From Eledone cirrhosa (taxonomy: Eukaryota), in the NCBI GenBank assembly GCA_964016885.1, contig CAXHJY010000944.1:9567-73566 (forward strand): 64,000 nucleotides of DNA, read 5' to 3'. Each line of letters starts with the position of its first letter. Positions within the stretch are counted from its first letter, which is position 1. The notes beneath the pieces are model-generated. The model was not told the origin of the DNA, did no database searches, and worked only from the letters and a program-made list of their open reading frames with translations. Shown here piece after piece: positions 37,760-47,410 of the stretch. The position numbers and the translations under genes are program-made.

Positions 37760-39094
37760 GCTGAAACGAAGTATAAGAAGGTAATAGGGACGTAAACAAG
37801 AGAAGAAAAGTTGCCCTTCATCAGCTGTTTAGATGTTTCGGTACTTAAAACAGAACATCGATCCGTACCGCGGCCACGGCCTTTTATCCATCATAAATAT
37901 ATAATTTGATGATGATACAGTTTATTACAGTTTATATTAGAAATATAAACTTTGTTACATAAGAAGTAGATTGAAATATCTATACAGACAGAATCCTCCT
38001 CATCATCATTATTGCTACAACCCAAGTTCGTACTTTACTCAGCTACTGTCCCTTTAGATAGGCTGAAGATTACATCTTGCTTCACATATGTTTCAGTTAT
38101 GGCATGGGTTATACAGCTGGATGCCCTTCCTAACACCACAAACTCTAGTTATATCTACCATTAAAATTATATTGGTTTCTTACATAGGTGCCAGGCCTTA
38201 AACTAGAACTAATAAGGAGAAAGTGGAAATGCTATGCTGTTACATTCATGACTTTCCCAAGAAGATTAGCATACAGAATTAATATTAGCATAAATGAATT
38301 GAATTAACAGCATCCAGGGAATAAACGAAGGTTATGTATTCTGAAAATTGGAATTTGCCTCTTCGAACTGCCACTAGAATGAAATATTAATTTAATTAGG
38401 GTTAAGAGGATATTAAGGGGTTGTTATGTCTACTACTGACTACCACTGACTATTATTGTGTTGTTAGGAACAACAACAACAATATGAACCATTATAAGGG
38501 TAAAGAGGAAAAGAATAAAATGTGACCCTATTAAATAGGTGTTAAATTGATACAGTAATGCCTGGGGCTTTGTTGTAGTGCTGTCTTATAAAGGGACACA
38601 GCTGAGTGAGAGAATATCTCAGAGGAGCTCAGGGTTTAGAAGAAGCTTAGGGTTCAACATATTATCTTTTTGACCCTTGTACATGTGGTGGTGGTGGTGT
38701 TGTTCATGGTGGTGGTTTTGGTGGCGGTCATTGTGGTGGGAATGGCGGTCATCATCATCATCGTCATCAACCATTGGTACTGATAGACATAATCCACCCA
38801 CTTTAACGTTACCAGTTTGACTGTCAACTGTGTTTAGCAGATTCCACTCTACTTCAGTATTTGGGCCAGATCTTCTCCAGTTTAAGGACACCATCTTCGC
38901 TTCTTCACTCCTGCCAATCTCAGAAACTCTGGGAAGGGGCTAGGGTCAATGTATTTCACTCCCTGATTAAATAATTTAAAATAGATCCAATGACAATAAC
39001 AATATACAAAACTGTTTTATGTAGTCTTGAAACAAAAAATAAAATCTTATTTATTTGACTTAAATAATTATTTTATTTCATTTTTCTAAAGTCT

Positions 39095-39340
39095 AAGTTT
39101 CATCAGGTTGGTTCTTATCCTGATTTCCATGGTATTAAGTGTCTGAGAGTACAAGACTCCTCCTGGACAGGACACCAGTCTTTTGCAGGATTAAACCCCC
39201 AGCTATTGCAGGTACTCATTTTCAGCTGAGTATACTGGAGCAATGTGAAATGAAGTGTTTTGCTCAAGAACACATCATGCAACCCAGAAATCGAACCAAT
39301 GACATGATTGTAAGTCCAACACCCTTACCACTATATTGCC
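39095..39340 (-). mobile_element. tRNA-derived SINE (family 1)
   Basis: Reverse complement of the 7377/21128 element. Confidence 0.82.
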
Positions 39341-39754
39341 TGTGTTTCATTTAATGTTTAGTAAAATTATATTTTTTTATCATTTTAAGATAATTCTTGG
39401 AATATAACTTATTTTTTTAGATAAAGTTATGATGCCACAGCATGGTCCTATCTTATGGAATTGTAGGGTGCCATAATGACATCTTGGGTATTTTTAAACC
39501 TGGCAGAGCCAATACCTCTCCATGTCTGAACACAGTAAATTTCTTCCAGAGAAGGAAGATAGAAAGTGATAGAGAAAAAGTGAGAAAGAGATACAAAGGT
39601 AGAATTGACCCCCAGTACATGACTGGTACTCTTTCTATCAATCTCAAAAGGATTGAAGGAAAAGTTGACCTGAAAGGGATTTCAAATCAGCGAGTCGAAA
39701 CGAATACCACAAAGTATTCTATTCAACTTTCTAATGATTCTAGTGATTCTAGTA

Positions 39755-40374
39755 TTAACCCTTTAGTTACCAACCCAGCCAAAACCAGCTCTGGTTCTAT
39801 GAAATAAAACCACCCATTTTAACCCTTTAGTTACCAACCCAGCCAAAACCAGCTCTGGTTCTATGAAATAAAACCTTCCATTTAAGCCTTTAGTTACCAA
39901 CCTGGTCAAAACCAGTTCTGGTTCTATGAAATAAAACCACCCATTTCAACCCTTAAGTTACCAACCTAGCCAAAACCAGCTCTGGCTCTATGAAATAAAA
40001 CCACCCATTTTAACCCTTAAGTTACCAACCTAGCCAAAACCAGCTCTGGCTCTATGAAATAAAACAACCCATTTTAACCCTTTAGTTACCAACGTGACCA
40101 AAACCAGCTCTGGTTCTATAAAATAAAACCACCCATTTTAACCCTTTAGTTACCAACCCAGCCAAAATCAGCTCTGGTTCTATAAAATAAAATCACCCAT
40201 TTTAAAGATTTCCTATTTAAATTAAAATCTTCCAACATAGTTTTATATAAGAACCTTACATTAAGTTACTAACTTAATTATGAAATAATTAATGATTTTA
40301 GTAAATCCCTCAAAATTCTTCATCAATTAATTAAAACAGTGGGTTTCATTAGAAATGTGGTCAGGAAAGGGTTA
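39755..40374 (+). mobile_element. piggyBac-like TTAA MITE, 7 head units
   Basis: 64-bp units from 39755, right end CAGGAAAGGG-TTAA. Confidence 0.8.
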
Positions 40375-40490
40375 AAGTTATGATAAGAGGTTTAAATAAA
40401 ATCTGAACATTTTGAAACACGATTTTTGTATTATAAATCCAAGGTGATCTCAAGTGGAGTTTGAATCAAAAGGGTTAAAGTCCCATTTAA

Positions 40491-40731
40491 TGTTTATTGT
40501 GGTCAAGCTATACTAAATGTCCAGTTTTTATTGTGGTCAAGCTATGCTAAATGTCAATTATTTATTGTGGTCAAGCTATGCTAAATGTCCATTGTTTATT
40601 ATGGTCAAGCTATGCTAAATGTCCATTGTTTATTGTGGCCAAGCTATGCTAAATGTCCATTGTTTATTGTGGTCAAGCTATGCTAAATGTCCATTGTTTA
40701 TTGTGGTCAAGCTATACTAAATGTCGATTGT
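40491..40731. repeat. 34-bp minisatellite (TGTTTATTGTGGTCAAGCTATGCTAAATGTCCAT), ~7 copies
   Basis: Direct reading. Confidence 0.93.
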
Positions 40732-41443
40732 TGGTCCAATCTGTTGATGATATCCTTTTTCTATTAAATGAAGTCACTTGAAAATATTTGTTAATGCATT
40801 GTTGATAAATGATGAAGAGAGGGAGAGAAAGTAGGAGAGAGAGAGAGGGAGAGAGAAGAAGAGGAAAGGAGAAAGTGAGAGTGAAGTTGTCTTTTCTTGT
40901 CTTTTCTTTTGCTTGTCATTGACTGGAACAGACCCTGAGGTAAAATCATTTCAATCATGGCTGAACTGTCTCTGATTTCAGTGGAGAAATTAATCTCTTA
41001 GTACACATCAACTGAAGCACCTAATATACTCACATTGCCACAATTTATAGAGATAATAATTTAAATTCATATTAAAGTGGGAGATATTGTCACAGTTTAT
41101 AGAGATAATAGTTTAAATATATATTACAGTAGAAGATATGGTAATAACTCATTCATAGCAAGGATCAAATATCTTAATTTAGAAATAAAATCATAATACT
41201 TTACAGGGTAGAGATTAAACTAACAAATATGGTCTACTCTCAAATAAACTTGACAACATCATCAGGTGCAGATTACATAATTAGTTAAAAGGAATTAAAG
41301 CAAACACAGAGAAAATACTTGATCAGAGAAGATTCACAAAATTCTATGTTCTTGTTAGGGCGAACCATCTCTAACACCGAATTTTGTTAGTCATCTCTGG
41401 ATCAAGTTTGCCGTAATTTCTTTTATAGATTAACTATGTAATC

Positions 41444-41520
41444 TGCACCTGACGATGTCGCCAAGGGTTTGTGTTATGGTCGGATGATGTAACTTGGCGA
41501 TTGAAATATGTATAGTTGCA
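41444..41520 (+). ncRNA. Type-I hammerhead-like motif in a degenerate fold-back (41249-41466)
   Basis: TGCAC-CTGACGA-T-GTCGCCAAG...CTTGGCGAT-T-GAAA-TATGTA-TA-GTTGCA. Stem III is self-complementary. Confidence 0.55.
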
Positions 41521-41835
41521 ACATTAAAGCTTTAAAAAGATATATCCAGTCCAGCCTTCTGTTGTTTTATATGAATATTTGAACTCCGTTCCTGCACCTA
41601 CCACAGGATTCAACATAAACGATTGATGAGTTACATAATGTAGAGTGCTTTTCTTACAATCACATGGTTCATTAACCAGAATGATCTGTCCTACTCATTG
41701 GTAAACCATACAAAATAAATTGGATATATATATATATATATATATATAAAAAGCAAACAGAAATAATAAAGTAAACAACACAGTACAATGAAGAAACATA
41801 TTATTTGTTTTACACTTGATATAGAAAGAAAAGAG

Positions 41836-41871
41836 TCTTAACGTTTCAGACACTAGTCTTTCATCAGAAAA
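41836..41871 (-). ncRNA. Minimal hammerhead-like motif
   Basis: Minus strand TTTT-CTGATGA-A-AGAC-TAGT-GTCT-GAAA-CG-TT-AAGA. Confidence 0.55.
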
Positions 41872-42419
41872 TAGAATGAGAAATTAAAGAAAAAAAGAGA
41901 AAGATAGAGTGGGCAGTGGCAGAAAGGAAAAATATTTCCTAGAGAAAAAACAAATATGTTCAAGTCCCCATCTCATATATACACACACATACATACAGGA
42001 TTCTTTAAGAAGTTGCTAAGAAGAATTGAACTCTGTACCTCTCAAATTCCAGTTGAACACTTTATACCAATGAGGTGTATACTGAGTTCAAATCCCATCA
42101 AGATCAACTTTGCCTTTCATTCTTTCGAGGTCAATAAAAAAAAAAGAACCATTCCAGTATTGAGGTTAATTCTTCCTCTATATCACTTTCTCACTTTCAA
42201 TCACTCTCCTCTGTAAGAAATCAATTATGTTGAGACATGGACAGAGATGGACTCAGCCAAGTTTAAAATACCTAAGAAATACTTTCAATATGGCACACCT
42301 TCGACTCCAACACATAGTCTGTATGTGTTACCAAAACTGTAATTGTAACTATGTAAAATTTGTGTTTATTATCCCCGATCAAAGTCCCCCAATCCACACC
42401 ATAAAGTAGTCAACCAGGA

Positions 42420-42613
42420 GCCACGACAAAAAGCTCCCAGTCCACACTGTAAAGTGGTTGGTGTTAGGAGGGCAGCCAGCTGTAGGAACGAAGCTAAAAT
42501 CAGTTCTGTATGAGCAAGACAAGGTCATCTGACCTGGCTTGTCTCACAACAGGACAACTCGTCAAACCCATGCTAGCATGGAAAATGGACATTAAATGAC
42601 GATGATGATGATG
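42420..42613 (+). mobile_element. RTE/SINE 3' tail fragment
   Basis: AGTCCACACTGTAAAGTGGTTGGTGTTAGG...CCCATGCTAGCATGGAAAATGGACATTAAATGACGATGATG. Confidence 0.8.
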
Positions 42614-43249
42614 AAATATAGTTTTCTAGTTTCTAGAAAAATCTGTTTTGTTTAGCACTTAGGTAGGATAAGCATAGAGGGGGGGGGGGGATACAGACAG
42701 ACAGATAGAAAGAGAGAGAGGGGGGAAGACAGACAGACAGAGAAAGAGAGAGTTAGTGAGAGAGAGAGAGAGAGTTAGTGTGACACATGTCGACCACAGA
42801 TATCTACCAACATCTGGCTTGATCTCACAGAGAATCCATGGTGGATCTGAGAGGGAGGGAAGGTAGGAGGGAAGAAGAGAGATGGAAGGAAATAAAGAAA
42901 TAAGGAAGCAAAGAAAGAAAGAAAAAGATGGGGAAAGAAAGGAAAGAAAGATAGAAAGAAAGAAAGAGTAAAAAATGAGAAAGATAAGTAGGCAGGCGAG
43001 CAGACAGAGAGAATGAGAGAGAGGAAGAAATAAGATGGTGATCTCCCCTTTTAACCTCTCCTCTTCATTGTTCCACAGTTCATTGACTCTAACATATCTC
43101 TAACATGTGATAAGGTGTTTGTGGTTAGAATTATTGATCATCTTCACCAGCTGCTTAAACTTGCTCTCTAGATCTCTCTATCTCTAGAACATTTAACAAG
43201 GAATTGTATACACACACACATATATATATACACACACATACACACACAT

Positions 43250-43793
43250 CATCATCATCATCATCATCATTATCATCATTTAACGTCCATCTTCACGCTT
43301 GCATGGGTTTTCACGGGAATTTTCCCACTTGAGGCAAGATTGGTTGTCTTGCTCGTATAGGACTGTCTGGCAGGTTTTCTATGACTGAATGCCCTTCCTA
43401 ACACCAACCACGTTTACAGTGTGGACTGGGAGGTTTTTACCGTGTTACCTACACGGCCACATTACAGTGTGGACTGTGTGTTTTTTTTTGTCGTGACACC
43501 TACACGACCTCATTTATTTAGGACTGGATATATATATACACACACACACATATATACATATATATATATGTATATATTTATTAAAATAACAGATTAAAGT
43601 TTAAGCAAAGAATCGCTGCTTTCACCCTTAACGGGATCTTCTGAAGATCCCGTTAAGGGTGAAAGCAGCGATTCTTTGATTAAACTTTAATCTGTTATTT
43701 TAATAAATATTTGCTCTACGGTTCTTATATATTTGATATATATTTATTGTTATCGAGCCCTCTTTGGATTTTAGTCTGCAAATTTATTATTAT

Positions 43794-43856
<63 letters not shown>

Positions 43857-43885
43857 TATATATATATACACACACATATATATAT

Positions 43886-43932
<47 letters not shown>

Positions 43933-44479
43933 TATATACACACACACATATATGTATACACACACACATATATATAAACACACATATATATATATACACA
44001 CATAAATATATATATATACACACACACATATATACACACACCCAAATATATATATAGACACATACATATATATACACACACACATACATATATATACACA
44101 CACATATATATACACACACATACAAACACATACATATACACACACATATAGTAGAAACAAAGTTTCATACACTTAACATGTATCAGGTACCATTGGTTTT
44201 GGGGTCCAGTTATGGCCACCACTGTCTACTGGAGGAGGCACTTTTAAACTGACCGTCATTGGGCATGGAAACAATATGAAATGTGTATTTTTGGTTAAGA
44301 GGTGCCTACTGACTGTAGGTTTCGCTTTGTACTTAGCCAAGGCGGGTATTCTATATTACTGCGTAGCGCCAAAGATCTCAGTCCAGTGACATTGTCTTGG
44401 AGAGGTGTAAGTATGTAAGGTCGGAATTTATCAAATCGTCCCAGGTTTTTCTGGGTCTACCTACTCCGTAGCTTCCATC
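43250..44479 (-). pseudogene. RTE family-A 3' end, split by a (TA/CA)n tract containing a palindromic insert
   Basis: 43250-43530 matches the 36853-37110 tail. 44285-44479 matches 37180-37375. Confidence 0.75.
43574..43710. other. 137-bp near-perfect palindrome (68-bp arms, 1-nt loop) with a hammerhead-like core at its centre
   Basis: Centre T at 43642, one arm mismatch. CTGAAGA-T-CCC-GTTAA-GGG-T-GAAA at 43641-43664. Confidence 0.85.
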
Positions 44480-44667
44480 AAACTGATTCAGAGCACTCAC
44501 CAGATTTCTGGAGTGAATATTCAATGATATTAAATAAATGGAAACTATATTTATAAAACCATATTTATTCTATTATATATATTTCAAGGAATATTTCTAC
44601 CCAAGGAATATTCAACTGATAAGGTATGATTTCCTTGGTTATGTCAAAATTTATAAAACACTCTTTG

Positions 44668-44728
44668 TATTTTATCTGATGAAAGCGTACCAAAGTTTTG
44701 GTACCCTTGAAATATATATAATAGAATA
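44668..44728 (+). ncRNA. Type-I hammerhead ribozyme (non-coding element)
   Basis: Stem I TATTTTAT/ATAGAATA (8 bp, one G-U), CTGATGA, stem II AAG.GTACCAA/TTGGTAC.CTT, GAAA, palindromic stem III ATATATAT, site AUA. Confidence 0.75.
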
Positions 44729-45005
44729 AATATGGTTTTATAAATATAGTTTCCATTTATTTATTTATTTTAATAAATATATATATATATGTATATGTAT
44801 ATATATATATGTATATGTATATATATATATATGTATATGTATATATATATATGTATATGTATATATATATATATGTATATGTATATATATATATGTATAT
44901 GTATATATATATATGTATATGTATATATATATATGTATATGTATATATATATATGTATATGTATATATATATATGTATATGTATATATATATATGTATAT
45001 GTATA

Positions 45006-45088
<83 letters not shown>

Positions 45089-45100
45089 GTATATATATAC

Positions 45101-45153
<53 letters not shown>

Positions 45154-45256
45154 CATATATATATATACATATACATATATATATATACATATACATATAT
45201 ATATATATTTATTAAAATAAATAAATAAATGGAAACTATATTTATAAAACCATATT

Positions 45257-45317
45257 TATTCTATTATATATATTTCAAGGGTACCAAAACTTTGGTACGC
45301 TTTCATCAGATAAAATA
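45257..45317 (-). ncRNA. Inverted copy of the 44668 hammerhead
   Basis: Reverse complement of 44668-44728. Confidence 0.75.
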
Positions 45318-45323
45318 CAAAGA

Positions 45324-45478
45324 GTGGTTGGTGTTAGGAAGGGCATCCAACTGTAGAAAACCTGCCAGACAGTCCTATGCGAGCAAGACAATCACTCTTG
45401 CCTCAAGTGGGACTACCCCCGTCCAAACCCATGCAAGCGTGGAACACGGACGTTAAACGTTGATGATGATGATGATGT
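45324..45478 (+). mobile_element. RTE/SINE 3' tail fragment with (GAT)n
   Basis: GTGGTTGGTGTTAGGAAGGGCATCC...CCCATGCAAGCGTGGAACACGGACGTTAAACGTTGATGATG. Confidence 0.82.
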
Positions 45479-45498
45479 ATATATATACATATATATAC

Positions 45499-45535
<37 letters not shown>

Positions 45536-45598
45536 CATATACATATATATATATACATATACATATATATATACATATATATACATATATATACATAC

Positions 45599-45748
45599 AC
45601 TAGAAGAGGAAGACCAAGGTTAACGTATGTTGATGCCCTAAGGACAGACACTGGTCTGTTGGAGATGCAGGATATGGCAGCGATAATGAGGGACAGAGAC
45701 CGCTGGAGAGAACTCGTCCATGGATCTCGGGAATTTTACCCGCCCTAG
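45599..45748 (+). pseudogene. Short 3' fragment of RTE-like family B
   Basis: Matches 55958-56107. Confidence 0.88.
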
Positions 45749-46130
45749 ATAGATGTATATATATATATATACAGTTGAGCAGTTGAAGTATAAGGACGTG
45801 TTTTTACTTCTCTCCCCGAGTAAGCAGCAAGTCACACAGCCACAAAACAAAACCACAAAACAAAACCAAACAAACAAAAATTGACCGGTTAATACATTTA
45901 CATACATCTATAATATATTATTATATATTTGAAACCACGTGTTTTCGAACTTGTGAGTACATTTTCCTTTAACTACAAATTATCATTATATACTTTCGTC
46001 TTTTCATTAACTTAATTAATTTCAAATAACCAGAATATACATATATATATATATACTCATATTCATATATATACTCTTCTCACTCACACACAAGAAAAAC
46101 AAAAAAACAAAAATAAATCAAAAATAAATT

Positions 46131-46161
<31 letters not shown>

Positions 46162-46202
46162 TATTGAAATACTTAACTAAAACACACACACTCAAAACTA
46201 GA

Positions 46203-47354
46203 ATGGCTAACCAGCAAAAATCCAAACAGAACTGGTCTGATAATGAAATCGACATTCTAATAAACACATGGCATTGCCTTACCCAAACAGAAGATATAGA
46301 TGCTTCATCTCTGAACGACATTGCTAAACGTACAGTTCAATTTTTGAAAACTCGATCTGAACAACAGATTCAAAATAAATTAAAGCAAATCGAAATTGCT
46401 TTTAAATTAATCAATAAACATTTGGATAAACTACGGTGTGTTTTTTCTTCGAATGCTGTCCAGCAGCAGCAACAACAACAACAGCAGCTACAACGGCAAC
46501 AACAACAACAGCTACAACAACAACAACATCAACAACAGCAACAACAACAACAACAACGACAACAACAGTGTGAACCACTCCTTGATTCATCAACAATGGC
46601 CGATCTACTAAATGAAACTATTGACCCCCCAGTAGCCTCTGTCTCACAGAATGAAACGCCACATCCTTTCTCTGGCCCAGCAGTCCAATCATCACCACTG
46701 CCAACATCTATGCCTACTACTACTACTACTACTACAACATTTTTGTCTACTGCTATGTCAAGGAATTTACCTTCTAATACCAGAACAAGAACTCTCCCTC
46801 CCACAGTCCACAAAGGTCGTCAAATCCTACCCAAACCATCATCCACACCTCTCACAACACCCACACCCACATACCCACCCACTCGAAACCCCATCATTTG
46901 CCGCTACTCTCTACGCTATAGAATATGTACGGATAGTGGCTGCAAATTCACCCATTTACCTAGGACAAAACGATCTATCCCCACAAACAGCCACCACCAT
47001 AATACATACTCTAATTTAACACCAACACCAATAACTCAAACAAGGAATCCACAAATCTGCCGCTTTTCCCTGCGAGACAGATTGTGTTTAGACCGGGATT
47101 GTCCCTTTACCCATCTCCCGGGGACCCGTCGGACAAATGAAAATAAAATTAAAAATAAAAACAAAAACAAAAACCATAACCTACATAAAAATAACCACTA
47201 CCACAGTCACCAACAGTCTTCTAAACAGGAAACTTCTTCCTCTTTTTTAGCCATAATGAATCTGGCAAAAGTACTGGAAAAAAACATTCGAGCTATCACC
47301 CAGCACCACCCTCCACTATCACCCCACTACACAAACTCCCATTGCTGCCATTAA
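46203..47354 (+). CDS. LINE ORF1: Myb/SANT-like N-terminus, polyQ, two CCCH-type zinc fingers
   Basis: ATG at 46203 (MANQQK). NWSDNEIDILINTW...RSEQQIQNKLKQI, then CRYSLRYRICTDSGCKFTH and CRFSLRDRLCLDRDCPFTH. Confidence 0.75.
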   Translation: MANQQKSKQNWSDNEIDILINTWHCLTQTEDIDASSLNDIAKRTVQFLKTRSEQQIQNKLKQIEIAFKLINKHLDKLRCVFSSNAVQQQQQQQQQLQRQQQQQLQQQQHQQQQQQQQQRQQQCEPLLDSSTMADLLNETIDPPVASVSQNETPHPFSGPAVQSSPLPTSMPTTTTTTTTFLSTAMSRNLPSNTRTRTLPPTVHKGRQILPKPSSTPLTTPTPTYPPTRNPIICRYSLRYRICTDSGCKFTHLPRTKRSIPTNSHHHNTYSNLTPTPITQTRNPQICRFSLRDRLCLDRDCPFTHLPGTRRTNENKIKNKNKNKNHNLHKNNHYHSHQQSSKQETSSSFLAIMNLAKVLEKNIRAITQHHPPLSPHYTNSHCCH

Positions 47355-47410
47355 CAAACAAACAAATTAACAACACACCAAAACAATTAAAACCATCCAC
47401 TCTCGCCTCT

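Noticed and set aside
38619-38940. Non-repetitive stretch with a 91-aa minus-strand ORF; possible host exon
   Set aside because: No recognisable domain or convincing splice pair, and it runs into simple repeats.
43711-45228. Numerous YI/IY-repeat ORFs (also 54826-55743 and 62099-63975)
   Set aside because: Artefacts of (TA)n.
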